A stretch of 64,000 bases of DNA from Lewinellaceae bacterium (lineage in GTDB: Bacteria > Bacteroidota > Bacteroidia > Chitinophagales > Saprospiraceae): the NCBI GenBank assembly GCA_020636375.1, contig JACJXZ010000011.1, positions 258,115-322,114 on the forward strand, written 5' to 3'. The notes under the pieces were generated by a model. It was not told where the DNA came from, did no database searches, and saw nothing but the letters and a program-made list of their open reading frames with translations. The position numbers and the translations under genes were made by a program. Positions 28,945 through 37,835 of this stretch are shown here, piece by piece. Numbering within the stretch: the first letter of the stretch is position 1; every line of letters begins with the position of its first letter.

Positions 28945-29829
28945 ATGGCGTATCCCATCAAAACAGACATCGTCCCTCTGCTGCGGCACCTGGCCGAAGC
29001 CTTAATGCCGGTGGCGCGGGCGAATTTTGTAGGCCTGGCCTTTGAAACGGAGGCCGAGGGGATGGAGTTGTCTTTCCTTCCGGAGGACATCGTCAAAAGC
29101 GTCGGCCAGATTCTGTGCCAGGTGATCGCTTTTACTCCCTCTGGCTACGAGGTCCGCTTGTCGGTGGAATTGCCCGGGGAAGGGGAGGAGGAGCAGTTGC
29201 TGATCGGCATTTCCAATACGGGGGTAAGCCTGGCCATCCTGCAAGAGATCACCGCCGGCCTCCCGCTTCCGGTGGAAGTGAAAGGGCGTTCCGGCAAAGG
29301 CACCCGGTTTGAACTCCGCCTGCCTTTAGCGCCGGAAGAAGAGGCGGTTGCCGAAAGCGCCGTGCCTGCTCCGCCGGGAAGCGGGGGAGGCAACGTCCCC
29401 ATCCTTTTTCAGAAACTGCGGTCGCGCATGCGGGCCTATGCTTCCAGCATGAAAAGCCTGGAGGAGGCCGTCGCCCGCCAACACGGCCAGCAGGAGCAAG
29501 TCTTCCTGAAAAAAGTGAACGCCATCATCCTGGCCAACCTCAGCCGGGAGGACTTCGACGTCAGGGCCCTGGCCCGCAGCCTGGCCCTGAGCCGCACCCA
29601 GCTGTACCGGCGGCTCAAGCCGCTGATCCAGCAACCGCCATCCCGTTATATCCGCTTTGTCCGCCTGCAAAAAGCCAAGGCATACCTGGAAAAAGGAGAG
29701 ATGACGGTAAGCGATGTGTGTTTCCAGGTGGGCTTCACCGACAAGAGCCACTTCACCCGCGCTTTCAAGCAACAATTCGGATTCAGCCCTTCTTATCTGC
29801 GGAAAAATTCAATCGTACATCATGGATAG
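28945..29829 (+). CDS. AraC family transcriptional regulator.
   Basis: C-terminal HTH_18 '...VSDVCFQVGFTDKSHFTRAFKQQFGFSPSYLR'. Confidence 0.75.
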   Translation: MAYPIKTDIVPLLRHLAEALMPVARANFVGLAFETEAEGMELSFLPEDIVKSVGQILCQVIAFTPSGYEVRLSVELPGEGEEEQLLIGISNTGVSLAILQEITAGLPLPVEVKGRSGKGTRFELRLPLAPEEEAVAESAVPAPPGSGGGNVPILFQKLRSRMRAYASSMKSLEEAVARQHGQQEQVFLKKVNAIILANLSREDFDVRALARSLALSRTQLYRRLKPLIQQPPSRYIRFVRLQKAKAYLEKGEMTVSDVCFQVGFTDKSHFTRAFKQQFGFSPSYLRKNSIVHHG

Positions 29830-29849
29830 AAGCGAGGAAATCAAACGGG

Positions 29850-29935
29850 CCTATCGCTATTCGCTATTCGCTATTCGCAGGTTGCTGTTGGGAGCTTGCG
29901 AACAGCGAACTGCGAATAGCGAACCGCCGCCACAA
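29850..29935. terminator. Hairpin after the AraC gene, built on a tandem 'cgctattcg' repeat.
   Basis: 'ttcgctattcgcag...(~30 nt)...ctgcgaatagcgaa' forms perfect 14 bp arms. Confidence 0.3.
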
Positions 29936-30145
29936 CCTCTGATGCAACCTACAGTCCATTTTCCGGGACGAATATCCTACCTGCCGCCCTGTTTTTTCGG
30001 GTATATTATGCAACGAAGGTATTGAGGATGGGCGTGAGGCCATCAGGCGCCAGCCAACCCGATGAAAACAAGCAAAACCCCAAAAAGCCACGGGAAGGCC
30101 TTACGCTCACCTTCTTAAAAATTCGCCCCCATAAAACCAGATATC

Positions 30146-30502
30146 GTGGACAAAGCCGGAAGAAATAAAAGACTTATCCTCGAGTTCATCCGGGCGCTCA
30201 ACGAAGCAGGCGATAAACGCCAAATCCTTTCCCGATACACTTCCGATCCGAATCTTGCCGAACGCATCGCCTTCCTGGAGGAGGCCTTTCCGCACTATCA
30301 GGTGCGGGTGGACGAGGTGACGGCGGAAGGAAACAGAGTCGTCGTGCGGGCCCGCTTCATCGGAAAGCACGAAGGGAGGGCAAACGGCCTGGCACCTACC
30401 GGCGAGCGGGTGGAGCTGCCTTATGCCATCGGGTACCAGGTAGAGCAGGGCAGGATCGTGGCGCACTGGATGATCACAGACTGGCATGAGTTAGCCATGT
30501 AA
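30146..30502 (+). CDS. SnoaL-like predicted ester cyclase (COG5485-type).
   Basis: 118 aa. It has the family motif 'HWMITDW' and a GTG start. Confidence 0.55.
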   Translation: MDKAGRNKRLILEFIRALNEAGDKRQILSRYTSDPNLAERIAFLEEAFPHYQVRVDEVTAEGNRVVVRARFIGKHEGRANGLAPTGERVELPYAIGYQVEQGRIVAHWMITDWHELAM

Positions 30503-30668
30503 TCTTTGCAGCCGGTTTGCCGGCGCTACCGGCAGCGGCATGTACTATGGCGGCCACAGCGTGGCGCTCGCTTCTAAATGATAATAGTCATTGCTACATC
30601 CCGCTTAATGGATTATTTTGAGAGCGCTGAAAAAGTTTGGACAACTTCCCCAAACCATAAACACGGAC

Positions 30669-31082
30669 ATGGATACAGAAAAGCGCAACCGGGCATTCAT
30701 TTTAGGATACTACAACGCCTTAGCGGGGAAGAGAAAGACCGAAGAACTCATCCGCAGGTATGTTTCCGACGAAAAGCTGATCGGGCACATCAAATTCTTT
30801 GAGCAAACCTTTCCCGGTTATGACGCCGTGGTTGAAGAGATGTATACTGCCGGTGACAAAGTCTTTGTCCGGGCCAGCATGTCCGGCAGGCATGAAGGGA
30901 GCCTGGACGACATCCCGCCCACCTTCAAGCATTTCAAGATGCCATTCGCCATCTGCTACCGGATCAAGGACAACAAGATCATCGACCACTGGATGATCGC
31001 CGACCAGATGGAGCTGCTCGAACAGCTGGGCCTGGCCGGGACCATCAAACCGGAGTTTGAAAAAGTGGAGAAGAAGGACTGA
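30669..31082 (+). CDS. SnoaL-like predicted ester cyclase, a paralog of the upstream gene.
   Basis: 'DHWMIADQ', with the same architecture. Confidence 0.55.
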   Translation: MDTEKRNRAFILGYYNALAGKRKTEELIRRYVSDEKLIGHIKFFEQTFPGYDAVVEEMYTAGDKVFVRASMSGRHEGSLDDIPPTFKHFKMPFAICYRIKDNKIIDHWMIADQMELLEQLGLAGTIKPEFEKVEKKD

Positions 31083-31159
31083 GAACCCTATACCTCTCTG
31101 AACAACCAAAAAGATGAAACCGATCATTAACCAAAAAACCGATTCCTTTGCATTTGCCC

Positions 31160-32842
31160 TTACTCTTTCTTCTCTATTTTCGCCTTGACTACTTCCTCCT
31201 TCTTTTCCGGTTCTCCGTTCTTTGTCTTTCCATTCCCGTGCTCCCCGTTCTTTGCCAGGTACTCCGGCAGTTGGAGGCCCGACTGGTTCATGAACTCGCT
31301 CAGGGCGGGGATAGACTTGAACATATTGCTCAGGAAGCTGGCCGTGCCCTGTCCGTCGCCCCCGTCGAAGACGGTCACCTTGTCAAATTTGATGTTCTTG
31401 ATCGCTTCGGCCTGGATTCGCGCCAGTTCCGGGATCTTGTCTACCAGGAGTAGCCCGATTGCCGCCTGGGCGTTGCCGTCAGCGGCGTCGACCAGCTTCT
31501 GGAAGCCCATCGCCTGGGCGTCCAGCACCTTGAGCATGCCCTCGGCTTCGGCCTGGTAACGGGCCAGCACGGCGGCCGCTTCGCCTTCAGCCACTTTGCG
31601 TTTCTGTTCGGCTTCGGCTTCAGCGGCGATCACCGTCTTTTCCTTGTCGATCTGAGACTGGACCACCTCGTTGGCGCGGCGGGCGGCCAGTTCGCGTTCT
31701 TTGCGGGCGTCTTCGGCCTCTTTCTGGGCCAGGTAGGCCGCTTTCTGGGCTTCGGCCTCGGCGGTTTTTTCGGCCACTTCGGCATTTTTATTGGCGGCAG
31801 CCACCTTTTGCCGGCGGTCGGTATCCGAGATCGCAATCTCGATGTCCGCCAGGTTTTTCCCTTTGATGGCCTCGGCCTGGGCGTTCTTTTCCCCGATCTC
31901 GGCGGTGGAGTTGGCGGCGGCCACCTGGATGCGCCGTTCTCTATCGGCTTCCTTTTCGCCGATCTCGGCGGCTGAATCGGCGGCGGCTACGCGGGTACGG
32001 CGGGTTTTTTCGGCTTCTTTTTCTCCGATTTCAGCTTCCGAGTTGGCGATGGCCACCTGGGTGCGCCGTTCCTTAGCCGCTTCGGCCTGGCCGATGGCGC
32101 CCGTGCGCTCTTCCTTGGCCACTTTCACCTTGGCGTCGTTGATGGCCTTGGCGGCGGCCTCTTGCCCCAGAGCTTTGATGTAGCCAGATTCGTCGTGGAT
32201 GTCGGTGACGTTGACGTTGATCAGGTCTAGGCCGATCTTGTGCAGTTCGTCGCCGACGTGTTCGTAGACGGAGGTGACGAACTTGTCGCGGTCGGCGTTC
32301 AGCTCCTCGATGTCCATGTTGGCGATCACCAGGCGCATCTGGCCCATGATGATGTCGTGGGCCAGGGAGCGGATCGAGTCCTTGTGCATGCCCAGCAGGC
32401 GCTCGGCGGCTGCTTTCATCAGGCTGGGTTCGTTGCTGATGGCCACCGTGAACTGTGCCGGGACGGACACCCGGATGTTCTGCTTGGACAGGGCGTCCTG
32501 GAGGTTCACGTCGATGGACATGGGCTGGAGGTCCAGGTACTGGTAGTCCTGGATTACCGGCCAGATAAAGGCCGCTCCGCCGTGGATGCAGTTGGCGCTG
32601 CCCTGCCCGGTCTTTCCGTAGATCACCAGGATCTTGTCGGAGGGGCACCGGCGGTAGCGCGAAATGAAGAACCACATCAGAAGCAGGAAAATAGCGACGA
32701 CGACGACGATGGGCAGTGCAATAGACATGCCTTTGCCCATGATGCCTTCATCGAGCTGCGCCCACAGGGGGGTGGACAGAAACAGGATGGCTGCCGACAG
32801 CAGGAGCCTGAACCTGGAAGCAATGGAACTGCGAAGTATCAT
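31160..32842 (-). CDS. floT: Flotillin family protein (SPFH/band 7 domain with a long Ala/Glu-rich coiled coil).
   Basis: An N-terminal TM segment, an SPFH core, and repetitive 'AEIGEKEAE..RR.QVAAANS' coiled-coil repeats. Confidence 0.75.
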   Translation of the reverse strand: MILRSSIASRFRLLLSAAILFLSTPLWAQLDEGIMGKGMSIALPIVVVVAIFLLLMWFFISRYRRCPSDKILVIYGKTGQGSANCIHGGAAFIWPVIQDYQYLDLQPMSIDVNLQDALSKQNIRVSVPAQFTVAISNEPSLMKAAAERLLGMHKDSIRSLAHDIIMGQMRLVIANMDIEELNADRDKFVTSVYEHVGDELHKIGLDLINVNVTDIHDESGYIKALGQEAAAKAINDAKVKVAKEERTGAIGQAEAAKERRTQVAIANSEAEIGEKEAEKTRRTRVAAADSAAEIGEKEADRERRIQVAAANSTAEIGEKNAQAEAIKGKNLADIEIAISDTDRRQKVAAANKNAEVAEKTAEAEAQKAAYLAQKEAEDARKERELAARRANEVVQSQIDKEKTVIAAEAEAEQKRKVAEGEAAAVLARYQAEAEGMLKVLDAQAMGFQKLVDAADGNAQAAIGLLLVDKIPELARIQAEAIKNIKFDKVTVFDGGDGQGTASFLSNMFKSIPALSEFMNQSGLQLPEYLAKNGEHGNGKTKNGEPEKKEEVVKAKIEKKE

Positions 32843-32866
32843 ATTTTGGGTTTTTTGACGAGGTTT

Positions 32867-33110
32867 GGGATGATTGTTATAGTGTTATATTGTTGGTAAA
32901 AGCTGTGTTTTGGGGATTGTTATAGTGTTATATTGTTGGCTAAGGCTGTGTTTTGGGGATTGCTATAGTGTTGGTCAAAGCTGTGTTTTGGGGAGTGCTA
33001 TTTTGCTGCCTCTCATCCACTGAGCCAGCGCTATAACACTATAACAATATAGCAATATAGCAATATAGCAATATAGCAATATAGCAATATAGCAATATAG
33101 CAATATAGCA
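32867..33110. repeat. Structured intergenic repeat block between NfeD and flotillin: three ~44 bp direct repeats followed by about nine copies of the 8 bp unit 'caatatag'.
   Basis: 'ggattgttatagtgttatattgttgg..aagctgtgttttgg' x3, then 'ctataacactataacaatatag(caatatag)n', which is partly the inverse of the first unit. Confidence 0.8.
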
Positions 33111-33112
33111 AT

Positions 33113-33682
33113 TCAACCCTCCCCCTTCTCCAAAGGCGCCACCACCACAAATCCTTCCTTTGCTTCCACGACCATTACCTTCTCGTGGGTGGCCAGCGTG
33201 CGGCCGTTTGCCGTGCGGGCGTCCATCTCGCGGTTGACGTTGTCGATCTTGACGATGACCCTTCCTTTGCCGCCCGGCGGGATAGGGACGTACACCGTGC
33301 CCATTTTCCCCTCGGCCTGCCACAGGCGCCAGGTGCCTTCCTCCTGGTTGCGGAGCAGCCAGCGGAAGAACCAGGTGAGCAGCAGCACGGCGATGCCCCC
33401 GGCGACGAGGGCGGTGATGATCACCAGTGTCCAGGACCAGGAGGTGTTGAGCAAAATGGCGCGAGCGGTGAAGGCGCCGACGGAGATGAACGTGAGCAAT
33501 GTCTTTACGATTCCGAGGCCGGCGTCGCTGGCCTCGGCGTGGGCATCCATATCGCCGCCGGCGTCGACATCTACATCGCCGCCCATGTCCATGCCCGCAA
33601 AAATGGAGATCAGGAGCAGTAGGATGAGCAACCCGCCGGCGACGGTGCCGGCCCAGAAGAGAAGGTGGAGGATGTCCTGCAT
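33113..33682 (-). CDS. NfeD family membrane protein (flotillin-associated, with a C-terminal OB-fold).
   Basis: Three TM helices and a C-terminal beta-rich domain. It has the conserved position upstream of flotillin. Confidence 0.65.
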   Translation of the reverse strand: MQDILHLLFWAGTVAGGLLILLLLISIFAGMDMGGDVDVDAGGDMDAHAEASDAGLGIVKTLLTFISVGAFTARAILLNTSWSWTLVIITALVAGGIAVLLLTWFFRWLLRNQEEGTWRLWQAEGKMGTVYVPIPPGGKGRVIVKIDNVNREMDARTANGRTLATHEKVMVVEAKEGFVVVAPLEKGEG

Positions 33683-33882
33683 GATTAAATTTGGCTATTG
33701 ACAGATTGTTAAGTTCGGGGTTTTAATTTGTATTTCCAAAATTCTACTGGCCAGGGGCGCTGTTTTATCGGCAAAATCGACAAAACATACTCTCATCACT
33801 ATAAAGGTCTTTTGTTACCCGGAAAGGCATTGCTATTTTTGTGCTATTCTATCCTATCGCAGAATCGAAACCAGCCATACCA

Positions 33883-35763
33883 ATGAAGGAAAAACTAATC
33901 TATTTAACCGGAGTCTTCCTGCTGGCCCTGGCCGGCTGTGCTCCTGAAAATACTCAGACAGACGTGAATGAACAAACCACCGGACGCAAGATCGTCGTCT
34001 ACCAGGTATTCACCCGCCTCTTCGGCAACACCAATACCGCCAACAAGCCCTGGGGCACCATCGAAGAGAACGGCGTGGGCAAGTTCAGCGACTTCACCGG
34101 CAAGGCCCTGGATTCCATCCGCGCCCTGGGCGTCACCCACATCTGGTACACCGGCGTACCCCACCACGCCGTCATCCGGGACTACACTTCCTACGGCATC
34201 TCCAACGACGACCCCGACGTGGTCAAAGGCCGGGCCGGCTCGCCCTACGCGGTGAAGGATTATTATAATGTAAACCCCGACCTGGCGGAAGACCCCGCCC
34301 GGCGGCTGGAAGAATTCCAGGCCCTCCTCGAACGCACCCATCGCCACGGCCTGAAGGCGATCATCGACATTGTGCCCAACCACGTGGCGCGCCGCTACGA
34401 GGGGAAAAACAACCCGGAAGGGGTGGAGGACTTCGGCGCGAATGACGATACCTCCGTGGAATACCGGCGCGACAACAACTTCTACTACATCCCCGGCGAG
34501 CCCTTCCGCGTGCCCGAGCCGCAGGGCGGCTACCAGCCCCTGGGCGGCGAACCTCACCCCCTGGCCGACGGCCGGTTCGACGAAAACCCCGCCAGGTGGA
34601 CCGGCAACGGCGCCCGCAAGGCACAACCCGATGCCAACGACTGGTACGAAACCGTGAAGGTCAACTACGGCGTGCGCCCGGACGGCACGAAGGACTTCCC
34701 GGAACTGCCCGAAGGCTTCGGCCAGAAGGACTACAAAGCCCACTACGAATTCTGGCAGGACAAGGACGTGCCCGATTCCTGGACAAAATTCCGCGACATC
34801 GCCCTGTACTGGACGGCCATGGGCGTCGACGGCTTCCGCTTCGACATGGCGGAGATGGTGCCGGTGGAGTTCTGGAGCTTCATGAACTCGGCGATCAAGA
34901 TGAAAAACCCCGATGCCTTCCTGCTGGCGGAAATTTATACCCCTTCCATCTACCGCGACTACATCCGCCTCGGCAAGATGGACTACCTCTACGACAAGGT
35001 AGAATTGTACGACACCCTCAAAAACATCATGCAGGGGTATGGCAGCACCGACCACCTCCTATCCATTCTGGCAGGCCAGGCTGGCATCGAACACCAAATG
35101 CTGCACTTCCTGGAGAACCACGACGAGCAGCGCATCGCCAGCCCGCCCTTCGCCGGCGACGCCCGGAAGGGCCAGCCCGCCATGGTGGTTTCCGCCACCA
35201 TCAGCACGTCTCCCACCATGATCTACTTCGGGCAGGAGGTTGGCGAGCCGGGCGCCGAAGAGCCGGGCTTTGGCGATCCCACCCGGACTTCCATCTTCGA
35301 CTACGTCGGCGTGCCCAGCCACCAGCGCTGGATGAACGGCGGCGCGTTCGACGGCGGGCAGTCTACCCCCGAAGAGAAGGCCTTGCGCGATTTCTACCGC
35401 CGCCTGCTCAACTTCACGATCAACAGCCCGGCCCTGATGGGGCAATGCCAGATTATACATGGCTACAACCGGGGGCAGGAGGGATACGACCACCGGGTGT
35501 TCTCCTTTGTGCGGTGGTCGTGGCCGTCGAAGGAGGAAAAACTGATCATCGTGGCCAATTTCGATGCGGAAAAGGTCTATCAGTTTGAACTGCGGGTTCC
35601 CCCGGATATCATCACCATCTGGAGGCTGAAAGATGGAGAATATGAACTGGCGGAACGGCTGTACGGAAATAAAAAGGCCCGGCTGGAAGTGGCGGATGGC
35701 CGGGGCAAAGTGTCGATGGAGTTGGCGCCGCTGGAGTCGGTGATCTGGGAGGTGGGGCGTTAA
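33883..35763 (+). CDS. Alpha-amylase family glycoside hydrolase (GH13), lipoprotein.
   Basis: 'KAIIDIVPNHVA', 'GVDGFRFDMAEMVP', 'FLENHDEQR'. It has a lipobox 'LALAGC'. Confidence 0.8.
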   Translation: MKEKLIYLTGVFLLALAGCAPENTQTDVNEQTTGRKIVVYQVFTRLFGNTNTANKPWGTIEENGVGKFSDFTGKALDSIRALGVTHIWYTGVPHHAVIRDYTSYGISNDDPDVVKGRAGSPYAVKDYYNVNPDLAEDPARRLEEFQALLERTHRHGLKAIIDIVPNHVARRYEGKNNPEGVEDFGANDDTSVEYRRDNNFYYIPGEPFRVPEPQGGYQPLGGEPHPLADGRFDENPARWTGNGARKAQPDANDWYETVKVNYGVRPDGTKDFPELPEGFGQKDYKAHYEFWQDKDVPDSWTKFRDIALYWTAMGVDGFRFDMAEMVPVEFWSFMNSAIKMKNPDAFLLAEIYTPSIYRDYIRLGKMDYLYDKVELYDTLKNIMQGYGSTDHLLSILAGQAGIEHQMLHFLENHDEQRIASPPFAGDARKGQPAMVVSATISTSPTMIYFGQEVGEPGAEEPGFGDPTRTSIFDYVGVPSHQRWMNGGAFDGGQSTPEEKALRDFYRRLLNFTINSPALMGQCQIIHGYNRGQEGYDHRVFSFVRWSWPSKEEKLIIVANFDAEKVYQFELRVPPDIITIWRLKDGEYELAERLYGNKKARLEVADGRGKVSMELAPLESVIWEVGR

Positions 35764-35789
35764 TTCTGCTCTGGTATTTAATGCCAATA

Positions 35790-35990
35790 CTTCACAGGGC
35801 CCTGCTCGTTAAGACGTATCGTCGTACACGATCCAAGGCGCAGGGCTCCTGCCCTGCGTGCCATAAGAAACGCATCAAGGGCAGGAGCCCTTGGCCAAGG
35901 GCCGCGTACGAGCTGTAGCTCGTAGCGAGCAGTGGAACGTATCGTCGTACACGGTCTAAGGCGCAGGGCTGGCGGCCGACCATCCGCCGT
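35790..35990. repeat. REP-like intergenic element between convergent genes: a ~35 bp direct repeat plus GC-rich hairpins.
   Basis: 'acgtatcgtcgtacacgRtcYaaggcgcagggct' occurs twice. Hairpins 'gcagggctcctgccctgc' and 'caagggcaggagcccttg' are present. Confidence 0.5.
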
Positions 35991-36735
35991 CCACCACCAG
36001 GCTCTGGCCGGTGACCTGCCGGGCATTGTCCGACAACAGAAAGAGGGCGGCGTGAGCGATGTCCGCAGGTGTCGATGTAGCACCGGTGGGGGTCAGGCGG
36101 TCCCAGGTTGCCTGGTAGTCCGGTTCCAGGCGCATCGTCCGTTCCGTCAGGGTAGCGCCGGGAGTGACGGCGTTGACGGTGATGCCGTGGGGCGCCAGCT
36201 CTACCCCCAGGCTTCTGACCAGCATTTCCAGGGCGGCCTTGGTCATGCCGTAGGCCGCCAGGTTGGGGTGTGCCTGGTGGCCGGTGACGGAGGACATAAA
36301 AAGGATACGGCCGCCGGCACCCTGGCTGGCCATCTGCCGGGCGGCAGCCTGTGCCAGGAAAAAAGAGCCCTGCAGGTTGACGGAAACGAGCCGCCGGAAC
36401 TGCTCCGGCGCATAGTCCAGGAAGCTGCCGAAGGTGGTGATGCCGGCGTTGGCGACGGCAAAATCCAGGCGGCCGAACTCGCGGACTGCGGTTTTGACCA
36501 TCTGGCTAATGACGTCGAGGCTGCTGGAGTCGCCGGGCAAAGTCAGGCAGTTTCCACCCTGCAGGCGGATGCTTTCGGCTGCTTGGGCTGCCAGGCCCGC
36601 GTCGATATCGTTTAACAGGACGGATGCGCCGCTCAGGGCAAGCTGCCGGGCGATCTCGTAGCCGATGCCCGTTCCGGCGCCGGTGATTACCGCTGTTTTA
36701 TTGTGGAAAGAGTAAACCGCCATTTTTTCAGCCAA
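35956..36735 (-). CDS. SDR family oxidoreductase (short-chain dehydrogenase).
   Basis: 'TGAGTGIGYEIA' (Rossmann fold) and 'YGMTKAALEML' (YxxxK). Confidence 0.8.
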   Translation of the reverse strand: MAEKMAVYSFHNKTAVITGAGTGIGYEIARQLALSGASVLLNDIDAGLAAQAAESIRLQGGNCLTLPGDSSSLDVISQMVKTAVREFGRLDFAVANAGITTFGSFLDYAPEQFRRLVSVNLQGSFFLAQAAARQMASQGAGGRILFMSSVTGHQAHPNLAAYGMTKAALEMLVRSLGVELAPHGITVNAVTPGATLTERTMRLEPDYQATWDRLTPTGATSTPADIAHAALFLLSDNARQVTGQSLVVDGGWSAASPAP

Positions 36736-36851
36736 AGGTAATCAATCTGTGAAGGTGACGACGTAACATGGCAATTGGGGGTGCCCAGGGTTTAGGCTAC
36801 CCTTTTGACGTTGGACAACCGGCGTAGCTTCGTGCCCGTCTGCCCAGCCTC

Positions 36852-37667
36852 CTAAGGCGCATCCGGGTCGATGCCCATTTGGCGCAATTTTTCCGCCAGT
36901 TGCCGGGAGCGGCGCTCAGCAGTTTCGGCTCTTTGCTTTTCTTTTTCCGCTCTTTGCTTCTCCTCTTCCGCTCTTTGCTTCTCCTCTTCCGCTCTTTGTT
37001 TCTCCTTCAGCGCCTCCGCCTGAGCTTTTTGCGTTTTTTTCATCTCTTCGTACAGCAGTTCCCGCTGCTTATTCAGCTTCAGGACAGCCTCCCGGTTGAA
37101 CGCCAGCAGTTCCAGGTACGACAGGAAACGCTCGCCGTCCGGCCGGTACAACGTCAGGGCTTCTACTGTCCATTCGAAACGGATGCCCAGCAGCGGGCTG
37201 ATCCACTGGCGGATTTCGGGAACAGCGGCAAGTTCCTCCCCTTCCCGGAGATAACCTTCCAGCTTGTTCTGGTGCGGGTCGTAGATGTAGTATTCCTCCA
37301 CGCCATAGCGCCGGTAAAACTCGAATTTTTTAGCCATTTCGCCGGCGCGGTTGCCGGGAGACAGGATTTCGAATACTACCTGGGGCGGAATATTGTCTTC
37401 CACCCATTGCATATAAGAACTGCGGTAACCCTTGTGCCGGCCAATGACGGCCATCACGTCGGGGGCCAACCGGATGTCCGGCCGGCCTTCTACCGGATAC
37501 CAGAACAGGTCGCCGGCGACAAATACGTCATACCTGTCGGTAAAGCAGGCTTCCAGGCCCAGTTTGATCAGCACGATCCATTCGAATTGGAGGGTGTTTT
37601 CGGCCATGGGTTCTCCGTCGGTGTCAGGATATATCAAATGCAGTTTATCTTTCGGTACGCTTTGCAT
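36852..37667 (-). CDS. Uma2 family (DUF820) endonuclease with a C-terminal KQRAEEE coiled-coil repeat.
   Basis: PD-(D/E)xK-like core 'DVFVAGDLFWYP...EILSPGN..'. The C-terminus '(EKQRAEE)x4' is encoded by a 21 bp tandem repeat at ~36930-37010. The ATG is at 37667. Confidence 0.6.
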   Translation of the reverse strand: MQSVPKDKLHLIYPDTDGEPMAENTLQFEWIVLIKLGLEACFTDRYDVFVAGDLFWYPVEGRPDIRLAPDVMAVIGRHKGYRSSYMQWVEDNIPPQVVFEILSPGNRAGEMAKKFEFYRRYGVEEYYIYDPHQNKLEGYLREGEELAAVPEIRQWISPLLGIRFEWTVEALTLYRPDGERFLSYLELLAFNREAVLKLNKQRELLYEEMKKTQKAQAEALKEKQRAEEEKQRAEEEKQRAEKEKQRAETAERRSRQLAEKLRQMGIDPDAP

Positions 37668-37835
37668 AAGCTTGGTCGTGGTTATAAAATAACGGCTGCT
37701 TCCAAAGATAAGAAATTCCGGGGATAGATGCTTTATAGTTCTGTGGCAATGGGAGGGTAGCCGGGGTTTATGATGTGTAGTTTTGCCTGAATGCGCCCCG
37801 TCCAAAAATATCATAGATTGCAGCTACACTGGGTT

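Noticed and set aside
33039-33323. ORF 33039..33323 (-) with 'CYIAILLYCYIAILL' repeats.
   Set aside because: It is an artefactual translation of the 'caatatag' octamer array, and it overlaps the real NfeD gene end.
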